A DNA stretch of 32,000 nucleotides from Candidatus Methylomirabilis limnetica (GCF_003044035.1 NZ_NVQC01000023.1:30001-62000); one strand, 5' to 3'. Numbered from the stretch's first letter, positions 8,479 to 18,150 are shown. The notes: a model not told the origin generated them from the sequence alone. Program-made: numbers and translations.

Positions 8479-9480
8479 ATGAAAAAGCAGGTAGTCATCG
8501 GTATCGTAGTTGTTGTCGCGGTCATCCTTGGCTTTGTCGCCATCAAAGGGCGAAAGGGCACAACCGGCCCAGGCACGACCCCGGAAATCACCAAGGTCTC
8601 AGTCCGTATGAAGTGGTTTTTCGCCGGAACCATGACGGGCTGGTTTGCCGGCAAGGAAGAAGGGATCTTCAAACAACACGGCATCGACCTGACCATCAAT
8701 CCGGGTGGACCCGACAACAACTCGGTCAAACTCGTAGCGGCTGGAACGGATCTGTTTGGAGTCGCTGGCGCGGATGAAGTGCTCCTCGGGCGAGCGAAAG
8801 GAATCCCTGTCGTGGCTATCGGCGTCCTTTTCAAGGAATCACCAATCTGCTTCATCGCCAAGGAAGCAAAAGGAGTGCGAACACCCGCAGACTGGGCAGG
8901 AAAGACAGTCGAGGTCAGTTACGGCAGTAACGCCGAAGTTGAATATCGGGCGCTCGTTGCCAAGTTCAACGTGCAGAACATCAAGGAAGTGCCATACACG
9001 TTTAACCTCATTCCCTTCATTGAAGACAAGGTTGACGTTTCTGTGGCATACAGAATGGATCAGGTTGTTACGCTTCAACGCAAAGGCATCGCACTCTCGA
9101 TTATCACAGCCAAGGAACACGGCATCAATCCTTACGGGGATGTCGTTATAACTACCGAGAAGACGCTTCAGGAACGGCCTGAACTTGTTCGGCAGTTCAT
9201 GTCCGCAGTCGTTGAGAGCCAACGCTGGGCCATCCAACATACATCCGTTGCCGTAGAACACCTCGTTTCTCAAACAGGGAGCACGCTCAAGGCGGACAAC
9301 GAAGGCGCCGTTTGGCAAGCGACCGTACCATTCTTAGTGGCTGATGGTGGGGCCGAAGCCATTGGCGTTATGTCAACCGGTCGATGGAACGAGACAGCCA
9401 CGATTCTGGTGGACTACGCTAAATTGGACCCGACAACAGATGTCAAGAAAGCCTTCGTCAACATCATTGCCGCGAAGTAG
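8479..9480 (+). CDS. ABC transporter substrate-binding protein (NMT1/THI5-like, SsuA/ThiY-type)
   Basis: 333 aa from ATG 8479 (GGAGG upstream). N-terminal signal/anchor MKKQVVIGIVVVVAVILGF. The periplasmic binding fold is similar to NitT/TauT-family SBPs. Confidence 0.8.
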   Translation: MKKQVVIGIVVVVAVILGFVAIKGRKGTTGPGTTPEITKVSVRMKWFFAGTMTGWFAGKEEGIFKQHGIDLTINPGGPDNNSVKLVAAGTDLFGVAGADEVLLGRAKGIPVVAIGVLFKESPICFIAKEAKGVRTPADWAGKTVEVSYGSNAEVEYRALVAKFNVQNIKEVPYTFNLIPFIEDKVDVSVAYRMDQVVTLQRKGIALSIITAKEHGINPYGDVVITTEKTLQERPELVRQFMSAVVESQRWAIQHTSVAVEHLVSQTGSTLKADNEGAVWQATVPFLVADGGAEAIGVMSTGRWNETATILVDYAKLDPTTDVKKAFVNIIAAK

Positions 9481-9491
9481 CGAGGCAAGAC

Positions 9492-11438
9492 ATGGCAAAT
9501 CAAGAACAGCGGGCAATTGTGCGGTCACGTATCAAGCGCTCGTTTGCTGATCGCTACCGAAGCGCTGCAAGTTGGATGGCGAGGCCCAAGACGGTTGCAT
9601 TGGTAATCGTGGCTGGATATGTCGTCATCTTCATTGGTTGGCTTTTCTATCTAGCCGTTCAACCGGCAGTACCCGGCAGTACCCAGAAACTCTTCTCGTG
9701 GCAGCGTTTCAACGAGGACACAGGCCCATTCACACTGATGTGGAATACCCTTGTTGTGGTCATCACGTTTCTGGCGTCAATGCCGCACCGGAAGTGGGAG
9801 GACGCCCTTCGCTTGCGGTCATCGCAAAAGGAACGAATACGCATTCTTGACAACTTCCAGCCATCCCAATCGATGATTGAGTTCTTTGACAACCGGTCCA
9901 TCTACGATGCAATCCTCACAATGTTGTACCGACTCAACGATGAAGGGGACCATGGACCAGGCAAAACTCATTACAATGTGTGCATGCTCCTCTGCTCGCC
10001 TGCGTTGGACTACTGTGGGAACGAAAAGTCGCGCTCTCCCGGAAGCAAGCAGTCCGAGTGGGGCCTTGAGTTTCGGGACATCGTGGAGAAACTTGTGGCA
10101 CACAAGGACATTGAGTTCGACATTTGCCACCTTCCTGTCGAACCGTTCTCAGGGGTCAACGCACTTCGAGACTTCATCTCCGCGTTGGCCACATACACCA
10201 TTCAATCCGAAGACCAGTTGAAGTCCGACGATGCCGTGAAAGCGGATGCTGAGTTTCAGACCATATTCGGTTCGATATGGGATCGGTCTGGATTGGTCGC
10301 CAATGACTTCGCTAATTGGTCAACCGACGTAGACAAGAAAGACCGATTTCACGTCAAGACGCATACCATCAACATTCCGTTTCAGGTAGTCCTCGTTGAT
10401 AGCAAAGATGTCATGGAAGTCGTTGTTTCCTTTGCTGGCCGGGAGGTTCTGGAAAGAGAACAGAGGCGGGGGGTCAAAGGCTTCTACAGCAGCGACCCTT
10501 ACGTAGTTAAGACGTTCCGCGAGGTGTTTCGCATGTATGTGGAATCAAAGGGAAGAATCCCGTACATACCGAGTCATACGAGCAAGGTTTCAGACTCGCA
10601 CGACGCAATCGGGCCGCACATCATCCCAGGCTACTACAACAAACTCGTTGGCCCGCTTCGCGTGTTGCCCGAGACCTTCTCACCGGTAGTCGGGAACTCG
10701 ACGAAGTTCACAGTGTGGCTTCTTGACAAACTCATCACCACGGGCGATCCAGACGACCCCGATTGCTGGGGTAAGAAAGTGAAGAAGATTCTTGATATCG
10801 GGTCTGGTACTGGGGTGCTCGCACTTGCAACGGGAGCGATCTTGCAGGCCCGCTTTAAACGCACTGACTACACAATCACAGCGATTGATTCATGTCCGTA
10901 CGCGCAAAGGGTCCTCCGGTTGAACACCACGTCAGACCCGCGGATCAAAGTCAATCCCTGGACTCTCCGTTTCACCGCGAACAAGGAGGGTGAGGTTACG
11001 GACGCATGGTTCGAAGACGACAGCAACCAGAGGGTTGCCATTGAAGGTGACTTTGCTGGTTTCGATTTGGTCACAGGGGATCTTCCATTTGTTCACGCGC
11101 GGAAGCGCACGGAAAAGGACCTTCGGTTTCTCGATCTCGATCATCGCCTTCATCAAGCACTGTTCTGGGTTGCGGCCCAGACCAAGCTACTTACCCCTGC
11201 CGGATTACTCGTTACGGCGTTTTCAAGTCTCGGTGGTCCCGAAGACATTGCGGAGTTCGAGCGCCATCTGCGCAACAACGCACTTCAGGTCATTCAGCGC
11301 GTTGAGTTCCACGAATCCGGCTACATGTGGATGGTCTATGTCCTGATGAAGAAGCCGGGGTATGACGCTTACCAAGGGAAGCTATGGTGGAAGGTTCTTG
11401 ATGCTGAACGATATGTACAGTGGGATCCGAAGACCTGA
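9492..11438 (+). CDS. Membrane-anchored protein with unassigned central domain and C-terminal class I SAM-dependent (amino-)methyltransferase domain
   Basis: 648 aa. Two N-terminal TM helices (about aa 35-57 and 80-98). Motif I ILDIGSGTGVLAL, motif II ITAIDS, and motif IV-like DLVTGDLPF (a variant of the N/DPPY/F motif). Starts 12 nt after the SBP gene. About 50% GC. Confidence 0.6.
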   Translation: MANQEQRAIVRSRIKRSFADRYRSAASWMARPKTVALVIVAGYVVIFIGWLFYLAVQPAVPGSTQKLFSWQRFNEDTGPFTLMWNTLVVVITFLASMPHRKWEDALRLRSSQKERIRILDNFQPSQSMIEFFDNRSIYDAILTMLYRLNDEGDHGPGKTHYNVCMLLCSPALDYCGNEKSRSPGSKQSEWGLEFRDIVEKLVAHKDIEFDICHLPVEPFSGVNALRDFISALATYTIQSEDQLKSDDAVKADAEFQTIFGSIWDRSGLVANDFANWSTDVDKKDRFHVKTHTINIPFQVVLVDSKDVMEVVVSFAGREVLEREQRRGVKGFYSSDPYVVKTFREVFRMYVESKGRIPYIPSHTSKVSDSHDAIGPHIIPGYYNKLVGPLRVLPETFSPVVGNSTKFTVWLLDKLITTGDPDDPDCWGKKVKKILDIGSGTGVLALATGAILQARFKRTDYTITAIDSCPYAQRVLRLNTTSDPRIKVNPWTLRFTANKEGEVTDAWFEDDSNQRVAIEGDFAGFDLVTGDLPFVHARKRTEKDLRFLDLDHRLHQALFWVAAQTKLLTPAGLLVTAFSSLGGPEDIAEFERHLRNNALQVIQRVEFHESGYMWMVYVLMKKPGYDAYQGKLWWKVLDAERYVQWDPKT

Positions 11439-11465
11439 ATATCAGCAGGAACGAAAGGGGGCCTC

Positions 11466-11885
11466 ATGCCGACAATAACACGTGTTGCAGATAGAGATGC
11501 TCGCTGGCAACAGTCCACGTTTGATCCCAAGGCTTACAAAGTGGAGTTGTGGGAGGGCCGCAAGATTGGCCAAGGGAGAACGTTGCTGTCCCGCTACTAT
11601 CCCGGCCAATGCGTCGCCCCGCAGCGATCCAGTGCAGCATGGGACATCTTCATTTTGGAAGGCGACATGACCGTCAATGGTGAAAGGATAGGCTCTGGCG
11701 ACCATGTCTTGATCGGAGCAGGCGAATCCTGCTCTTGGTCAACTGAATCGGGTTGTTTGTCTTTGGTCTTCGTTAGAACTGATCACGAGTGGGTGCAGTC
11801 TGGCAATGCCGGGGGAGACCCCAGCAGCGAAAACGTGGAGAGGTGTGAGCAAGACATGGCGAGCAAGAGCGAGAAATCCCTTTGA
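11466..11885 (+). CDS. Cupin-domain protein (ChrR-like cupin)
   Basis: 139 aa. AAGGGGG RBS. Beta-rich with WDIFILEGDMTVNGERIGSGDHVLI. Assigned by eye only. Confidence 0.5.
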   Translation: MPTITRVADRDARWQQSTFDPKAYKVELWEGRKIGQGRTLLSRYYPGQCVAPQRSSAAWDIFILEGDMTVNGERIGSGDHVLIGAGESCSWSTESGCLSLVFVRTDHEWVQSGNAGGDPSSENVERCEQDMASKSEKSL

Positions 11886-12059
11886 AGACGGGGGACGCGG
11901 ATAACCTCCTCCTGAAGCACAGCGTCATTGCGCTGGGCTGGGTGGAGATGGGCGATATTTGACAAGTGAGCGAGCAGAAACGATCAGTGAAGGGCCTAAC
12001 AAATCTTTCCACCTACCATTTTTTCGCAACGCTCCCAAATGCAGGTGAACTAAATCGTT

Positions 12060-12276
12060 GAGGCTGTAGAAAAACCTCCTCGCGAAGAGCACTCGCAATA
12101 GGACGCGATATGAGCAACGATCGTCCGAAATCTGACCCCTTTCCAACGTCGGTACGATCGCGGCCTCTCGCGGCTCAGAGAGGGCCACAGGCTCGGCACC
12201 ATTGGGCAGCAAGAAAACTCGTGGCCTGTTGCCGAGGTCTCGAAACTCGCGTTTTTCGGGGTTTTTCTACAGCCTC
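12060..12276. repeat. 217-bp element closed by perfect 17-bp inverted repeats (MITE-like or structured RNA)
   Basis: GAGGCTGTAGAAAAACC (12060-12076) and GGTTTTTCTACAGCCTC (12260-12276). GTT lies directly outside both ends. Several nested internal hairpins are present (CGATCGTCCGA/TCGGTACGATCG, GGCCTCTC/GAGAGGGCC, CTCGGCA/TGCCGAG). Confidence 0.5.
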
Positions 12277-12499
12277 GTTATGCGCCTGCACGACCCACTA
12301 AAGTTTGTTCCCACCGAGCCGGCCTGGTGGACTGCATCGGCGGGCCATCTGCTGGGCGAGAAAGAGAATGAGGCCGCCATGAATCGCTTCCCCGGGCCGC
12401 TGCTCACATACGTGGTGCCGGACTGCGACGCTCTCCTCTAGCGACGGCACAAGCTCATGGCCGCGAAGATCAAGACCAATATGAGGACGGTGCAAACCC

Positions 12500-15022
12500 A
12501 TGGTGTCTCTGACTGAATCCGAGAAGAGCGAGATCATCCGACTTCTCAGCACGGGCCATCCGCTGCCGGAGCAGTGGCGGTATCGGCTGTTCCCCAGCGG
12601 CCATCGCGCGCAGGAAACCGGCAAGGAATACCGGCTGGTCTATGACGGCAAGCTCAAGCGTGAGGAAGTGCTGGCGCAGACACCTGCCGCACCGTGGCAA
12701 CTGGTGCGGGAGTTTTGCGCGGAGCGACCGCATGAGGACGGCTGGCGGAATCTGCTCGTGTGGGGCGACAACCTGCTCGCGCTGCGGGAACTGCTCTCGG
12801 ACCAGCAGGGGCCGAATCGCTTCTGCACGCGGGGCAAGATCAAGCTCATCTACATCGACCCGCCGTTTGCGACGCGGCAGGATTTCATGAAGGACAAGGA
12901 GAAGGCCTACCGCGACAAGGTCCTTGGCGCACAGTTCATCGAGTTCCTTCGCCGCCGGCTCATCCTCCTCCGCGAACTCCTCGCCGACGACGGCAGCATC
13001 TACGTCCATCTGGACACAAAGAAGAGCCACTATCTCAAAGCGGTGCTGGATGAATGTTTCGGCGAGGAAAACTTCATCAATGAAATCGTCTGGCAGAGAA
13101 CGGCTTCACACAACGACCCTGGCCGATACGGCAACGTCCACGACATTCTTTTCTTCTACAAGAAAGGAGATGAATGCATCTGGAATGCGCCAAAAATGGA
13201 GCAGTCGAAGGACTATATTGAAAAGTTCTTCGTATATGCCGAGTCGCTGGATAAGAAGCGTTGGGTCAAACTGCGCCGAGGCGAATCTCCACCTGAGAAC
13301 TGGCAACGTTATCGTTTAGGCAACTTCGCTAGCCCCCATCCACGACCGAACTTGACCTACAACTATAAGGGCTATCGGCCACCGGCCAACGGGTGGAAAG
13401 TGGCACTCGCACGAATGGTTCAAATGGATGCTGAAGGGTTGCTGCACTTCCCACTGAAGAAGGACGGGAGAATTCAGCCAAAACAATACCTGAGGGACAC
13501 GCTTGGAAACAAACCGGTCCCTGATGTTTGGTTCGGCATCAGTCCGATTCAGGCGCAGACAGCCGAGAAAACTAACTACCCCACGCAGAAGCCCGAGGAA
13601 CTTCTCCGGCGCATTGTTTCCGCCTCCTCCAACGAAGGCGACATCGTCCTCGACTGCTTCGCGGGCAGCGGCACAACCCCGGCTGTTGCAGAAAAACTAG
13701 GCCGGCGTTGGATCGCGATGGATTGCGGGAAACTAGCCATTTACACCACGCAGAAGCGGCTGTTCTCTCTCACAACCGCCATCGGAGCGGCGAAGAAGGA
13801 CGACCGCGCCGAACCGGAACGGGTGGAGGATTGGGCAGAGCACCTCAAGGGCGCACCCGGCGTCCTGCTCATCACCGAGAAGGCCCGCAAGGGCGAGTGC
13901 CAGGTGACGTTGGACCTGCTCCATGATCTCGCCGCTCTCGCGAAGAAACATGACCTCGTAAAGAAGGATGCGACGCTGTCGTTGGTCTGCCCGGAGGATA
14001 AGCTGGAAATCCCTGCGGGCCGCCTGAAAGAACCGGAGGACGGACACGGTGCCAAGTGCATCAAGGTGGACGGGATCGAGTTCCGCCTCTCAGTCATCGC
14101 GCCCAAGGACAAGCCGGACAAGGAACGTCCTTTACCCGCGAAGGAGTTCGCCCTTTACCGAGCGGGCGTCTATGACATGGCGACCATCAAGGCACTGCCG
14201 TGGACAGATTACCAGCCGTTTGTCCTGAAGCTCTTTGGCGTTCGCGAGCACCAGCACGCACGGTACGGGTTCCACCTCGACGGTTACATCAACACGCATT
14301 CCGCCCTTCTCTGGAATTATCCAGACCACAAGGCATTCACGCTGGATTACGGCTACGTGGACGACCTGCACAGGACGGTGCGAGGCAAACCAGGCGAGCG
14401 TTTCTACATCATCGCCCCGGTCGTGGCGATGGCGTTCGCAGAGGACGAGGTGACGCGGGGCGAGACGACGTATGTCTTTCTCAAAGTGCCGCTGTCGGTC
14501 CTGCTCCGGCTCATCGAGCGCAAGGTGCCGGCCGCTCTCAAACAGCCTGCAAGGGAGGAGGATGTAAACGAGGTGATTGACGCGGTGGGATTCGACTTCA
14601 TCTCGCAGCCGCAGGTGGCGTGGAAGGCGAAGAAGGAGAGCCGACCGGGAGAGCTGTTCGCCGACTACCTGCTGGAACTCTCCGAGTTCCGCGCCCAGAC
14701 GCTCGCGACTGACCCGGAGGATTTCCAGAACTTTGAGACGTTCTCAATGGCGCTGGTGGACCTGGACTACGACGGGGATGTATTCAAGTTGAGCCGGGTG
14801 TTCTGGGGTGAGGACGTGCTCAAGGCGGCGGGCGGGCTGGAGAAGGCCGAACGGCTGGAGCTGCGCATCGCGGAGCCGGAATTCACGGGTAAGCAGATGA
14901 TGGTGATCCTCTGCGACCGCTACGGGAACGAGAAGACGTTGCTGCTGTCGAAGACCGACTTTGAAGGCAAGCGCCCACGGTCTGATAAGAAGGTTGCCAA
15001 GAAACGGAAGAAAACAAAATGA
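12500..15022 (+). CDS. mod: Type III restriction-modification methyltransferase (Mod, beta-class N6A/N4C) with long C-terminal extension
   Basis: 840 aa. Motif IV IYIDPPF, then NYPTQKPEELLRRI, then motif I VLDCFAGSGTT (order IV before I). About 440 aa follow motif I, ending in the Lys-rich tail KRPRSDKKVAKKRKKTK. ATGA overlap with res. Confidence 0.85.
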   Translation: MVSLTESEKSEIIRLLSTGHPLPEQWRYRLFPSGHRAQETGKEYRLVYDGKLKREEVLAQTPAAPWQLVREFCAERPHEDGWRNLLVWGDNLLALRELLSDQQGPNRFCTRGKIKLIYIDPPFATRQDFMKDKEKAYRDKVLGAQFIEFLRRRLILLRELLADDGSIYVHLDTKKSHYLKAVLDECFGEENFINEIVWQRTASHNDPGRYGNVHDILFFYKKGDECIWNAPKMEQSKDYIEKFFVYAESLDKKRWVKLRRGESPPENWQRYRLGNFASPHPRPNLTYNYKGYRPPANGWKVALARMVQMDAEGLLHFPLKKDGRIQPKQYLRDTLGNKPVPDVWFGISPIQAQTAEKTNYPTQKPEELLRRIVSASSNEGDIVLDCFAGSGTTPAVAEKLGRRWIAMDCGKLAIYTTQKRLFSLTTAIGAAKKDDRAEPERVEDWAEHLKGAPGVLLITEKARKGECQVTLDLLHDLAALAKKHDLVKKDATLSLVCPEDKLEIPAGRLKEPEDGHGAKCIKVDGIEFRLSVIAPKDKPDKERPLPAKEFALYRAGVYDMATIKALPWTDYQPFVLKLFGVREHQHARYGFHLDGYINTHSALLWNYPDHKAFTLDYGYVDDLHRTVRGKPGERFYIIAPVVAMAFAEDEVTRGETTYVFLKVPLSVLLRLIERKVPAALKQPAREEDVNEVIDAVGFDFISQPQVAWKAKKESRPGELFADYLLELSEFRAQTLATDPEDFQNFETFSMALVDLDYDGDVFKLSRVFWGEDVLKAAGGLEKAERLELRIAEPEFTGKQMMVILCDRYGNEKTLLLSKTDFEGKRPRSDKKVAKKRKKTK

Positions 15023-17607
15023 GCCTCCATCTGCGTATCGCTGACCAGGTGCTGAAGGCAGAGGACACACGCGAAGCCACCGAGGCGGTGGTCCACAAGT
15101 ACGACGCATTCCTGAACCTGCTCTGCGCGGATCACTATTCCTTCCAGCGCGACGCCGTGCGGGAGTCGCTTCGGTTGCTCGTGTCCGATAAGTATCCGGG
15201 CCTCGAGCGGCTCGCGCGAGAAAACTGGAACGCCCGCGAGGCCATCCGCCAGCGGCACGAGAGCGTGGACGCCTACCTCGCCAAGATGCCGCTGCGAGAC
15301 AGGAAATCGGTCTCGCTGGATCTGGCCACGGGCACGGGCAAGAGCTTCGTGATGTATGCGTTGGCGGCGATTGCGCTCGCCGAAGGTCTAGCGGAGCGGG
15401 TGCTCGTGCTCTGCCCGTCGTTGACGATCGAGGAGGGATTGCTGGAGAAGTTCATCGCGCTGGCCGGCAACGGCGAGTTATCCGGGATTATGAAGGAGCT
15501 GGGCGCTGCGGTGGCGATCCCCGGCATCAAGCGTGGCAACGAGACGATTCAGTCCGGTGACATCTGTGTGGAGAACATCCACGCGGTTTACGAGAACACC
15601 GGCTCGTCCATCCGGGACAGCTTCCGGGGGCAGGGTGCGCGGACGCTTGTGCTGAACGACGAGGCGCATCACTTGTTCAGTCCGCCAGACCGCAGGTTGA
15701 AGGAGTGGATGAAGTTTCTCCAGCACGCTGATTTCGGCTTTCGACAGATCGTAAACGTCACGGGCACGCCTTACGTGGACGACGATTACTTTCCGGACGT
15801 GGTGTTTCGTTACGGGCTGAAGCAGGCCATTGCCGACAAGGTCGTGAAGAAGCCGAACTACAAGCTGGAGGACACCTACTCGGCGCAGGATTGGCAGAAG
15901 ACCTACGCGATCCACCAGAAAAACAGGAAGGACTACGGCAAGGAAGTGAAGCCCATCTCCATCGTCGTTACTCAGGAGATCGCGCGGTGCGTGGAGGTGT
16001 GGCGCGAACTGGTGGACTTCCTCGCTACCAAGGAGGGGATCAGCCGCGAGGTGGCGGAGAGGAAGGCGATTTGGGTGACCTCGGGTGTGCCGTCCAGTGG
16101 CGACGCCAAGCCCCGAGTCGAAGCAGCCTATGCCCCACGAGACGACAAGGATTCACCGGAGAAGCGCCGGAAGGAGAACTTGGCTTCGCTGAAACAGGTG
16201 GATGATGCCGGCAGTCCGGTGGAGTGGATCGTCTCGGTAAGCATGCTCACGGAAGGCTGGGATGTGAAAAATGTCTTCCAGGTGGTGCCACACGAATCGC
16301 GTGCGTTTTCGTCCAAGCTGCTCATCGCGCAGGTGCTGGGCCGCGGGTTGCGGGTGCCGCCGGGGTTATCCAAGGAGCCCCTGCTGACGATCAATAACCA
16401 CGAGGCGTGGTCGGAGGAAGTCGGCAACTTGCTCAAGGAAGTGCTGGAAGTGGAGAACACGCTCTCGTGGGGATACGACCCGCGTCGGCGCAAGTATGTC
16501 TTCCCGCTACACAACCTGACTTACGAGCCGGAGCAGAGAGGCGTGGAAGCGAAGCGTGAGCAGGCGCGGCCGCCGGACGTGACCTTCCTTCCCCAGGATC
16601 GGAAAACAACGGAGTATTCGACGTTCTCGGAGACCGGAACGCTGGCAGTAGAGATACAACATCACGATCTCTTTGAGATTGAGGATGCGGCGAAGCTCAT
16701 GCGCCTGTTCCTCCGGGAGAAGGACGAGAAGATTGCGGCTGCCTGGCCCAAGAAGCGGCTTAAAGAGTTCATCGTCAGTCGGCTGAGCGGCGCTGGGCAG
16801 GACGCGACCTTCCTTAGCAGGCAGAACTACCTTTTGCTACAGCACAGTTTCTCGCCGATGTTCCGAGAACTCGACAAGGAGCATCCGCGCATGAGCCAGA
16901 CAGCGAAAGACGTAGTGCTCGTGGACCTGACTGTGGTGCCTCGGCAATCCTTCTCCGAAAGCATGCTCAAGGAGCACGGTTCGATATGGACTGTGAGGGA
17001 AGAGTCTCCTCCGTATGGCGGTCAGGAACTGCATCTATGGGAGCAGTATCAGCAGTTCCGTAAACTGTACGCGGACTATCCTGACGGAGTGTCCGACCAG
17101 GCAAAGGCCATTAGCTCCAAAATCCATAATGTTGACGTGGGTAAGTTCAAGTTGCCGTGGAATGTTCACTACGTCACCCACGAGCCGGAGAGGAAGTTCT
17201 CCGATTTGCTATTCGAGAACGCCGGCTTGTTTGACGCGTTCGCGAAGATGCCGAACATGGGCGGGTACGCGTTCCCGTATTCCTACAAACCTGCCAAAGC
17301 CGCCAAGACCCACGTGGCGAACGAGAACTTTAACCCGGACTTCTTCATCAAGCTGAGCGCTCGGCACGACATTGTGGTCGTCGAGATTAAGGCGGAAGGA
17401 GATGACTCCAATCGAAATCGAGCCAAGTGCCGAGACGGACTGAAGCACTTCGAGACGCTGAGCGAGCGGTTGAAGGAATCGGGCGAACCGTGGCGCTACC
17501 ACTTCTATTTCCTTTCACCGGAGGACTACACCAACTTCTTCGAGCACGTCCGCAACCAGAGCTACGCCGGCTGGCGGTCTGGGTTAATGCAAGAGTTGGA
17601 CGCATGA
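15019..17607 (+). CDS. res: Type III restriction enzyme Res subunit (SF2 helicase plus PD-(D/E)xK nuclease)
   Basis: 862 aa. Helicase motif I LDLATGTGKS, motif II LNDEAHH, SMLTEGWDVKNV, and motif VI QVLGRGLR. C-terminal nuclease-like FNPDFF...VVVEIKAEGD. Confidence 0.85.
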   Translation: MSLHLRIADQVLKAEDTREATEAVVHKYDAFLNLLCADHYSFQRDAVRESLRLLVSDKYPGLERLARENWNAREAIRQRHESVDAYLAKMPLRDRKSVSLDLATGTGKSFVMYALAAIALAEGLAERVLVLCPSLTIEEGLLEKFIALAGNGELSGIMKELGAAVAIPGIKRGNETIQSGDICVENIHAVYENTGSSIRDSFRGQGARTLVLNDEAHHLFSPPDRRLKEWMKFLQHADFGFRQIVNVTGTPYVDDDYFPDVVFRYGLKQAIADKVVKKPNYKLEDTYSAQDWQKTYAIHQKNRKDYGKEVKPISIVVTQEIARCVEVWRELVDFLATKEGISREVAERKAIWVTSGVPSSGDAKPRVEAAYAPRDDKDSPEKRRKENLASLKQVDDAGSPVEWIVSVSMLTEGWDVKNVFQVVPHESRAFSSKLLIAQVLGRGLRVPPGLSKEPLLTINNHEAWSEEVGNLLKEVLEVENTLSWGYDPRRRKYVFPLHNLTYEPEQRGVEAKREQARPPDVTFLPQDRKTTEYSTFSETGTLAVEIQHHDLFEIEDAAKLMRLFLREKDEKIAAAWPKKRLKEFIVSRLSGAGQDATFLSRQNYLLLQHSFSPMFRELDKEHPRMSQTAKDVVLVDLTVVPRQSFSESMLKEHGSIWTVREESPPYGGQELHLWEQYQQFRKLYADYPDGVSDQAKAISSKIHNVDVGKFKLPWNVHYVTHEPERKFSDLLFENAGLFDAFAKMPNMGGYAFPYSYKPAKAAKTHVANENFNPDFFIKLSARHDIVVVEIKAEGDDSNRNRAKCRDGLKHFETLSERLKESGEPWRYHFYFLSPEDYTNFFEHVRNQSYAGWRSGLMQELDA

Positions 17608-17639
17608 GCGCAGCAGCGGTCGCTCAGCGCTACCGCGGT

Positions 17640-17765
17640 CTAGCCGACCTCCCCCGGCGGGGTGCAAGCGTCCGCCTCTCGCAGGATCCGGCGCTTCTCC
17701 TCACCCGTATATCGCCGTCTGGTGACCTTCTCCAGCACCTCTACCTCCTTCGCTGTGGTCCCCAT
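17640..17765 (-). pseudogene. IS3-family transposase OrfA N-terminal remnant
   Basis: A minus-strand 41-codon ORF, MGTTAKEVEVLEKVTRRRYTGEEKRRILREADACTPPGEVG-stop. It resembles the HTH start of IS3-family OrfA (RRR(Y/F)(T/S)xEEKxxIL...PGE(V/K)G). It is truncated against the res 3' end. Below the ORF-track cutoff. Confidence 0.5.
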
Positions 17766-17849
17766 TTCCACTTCCACTCTACCTATACGCTACCCGTTTC
17801 CTATCTCGCCCTCTACTCGAAACTCAGGGGAGGCGAGTGTCTCACCCAT

Positions 17850-17957
17850 GTTGACACAGAGGGGCACTACCGGTTCACGGCGGAGGAGTTGGATTTCATC
17901 CTGAACTACGGCATCAAATACCGCCTCGGCCGCGATGCCGGAAGTGAGGACGAATGA
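17850..17957 (+). pseudogene. Orphan gene 3' tail, copy A (VDTEGHYRFTAEELDFILNYGIKYRLGRDAGSEDE-stop)
   Basis: About 75 nt are near-identical to 19254-19330. No upstream gene body is present. From memory this tail is typical of the C-terminus of RM-type DNA methyltransferases (uncertain). Confidence 0.5.
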
Positions 17958-18078
17958 GCACGCGCGAGCAGAACGAAAGGAAGTACGTGCAGTGGGATGA
18001 TCTACCAGGCGGTTTCGGCGAAACCGCCCTACCCCGTCATTGACCACGGTAGGGCGCGATCGCCGAGCGCGCCGGCCC

Positions 18079-18132
18079 TGGAACTACGACATCAAATACC
18101 GCCTCGGCCGCACCTCGGAAACCGAGGAATAA
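18079..18132 (+). pseudogene. Orphan gene 3' tail, copy B (WNYDIKYRLGRTSETEE-stop)
   Basis: AACTACGACATCAAATACCGCCTCGGCCGC matches copies A and C. It has its own stop codon. Confidence 0.45.
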
Positions 18133-18150
18133 TAGGAAAGGAAACCCAGG

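Noticed and set aside
11895-11960. Short frame NLLLKHSVIALGWVEMGDI-stop resembling the N-terminus of restriction-associated (Mrr/McrB-type) proteins
   Set aside because: Only about 19 codons are bounded by stops, which is too short to assign. It may be another gene stub but is unsupported.
12470-13030. 186-aa minus-strand ORF and several plus-strand alternate-frame ORFs inside mod
   Set aside because: They are shadow ORFs. The mod frame carries the complete methyltransferase motif set.
18040-18075. GCGATCGC (HIP1-like octamer) occurrences here and at about 1814, 3015 and 21688
   Set aside because: Four or five copies in 32 kb is only a modest excess over my rough expectation of about one. 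That is not enough to call a HIP1-type system.
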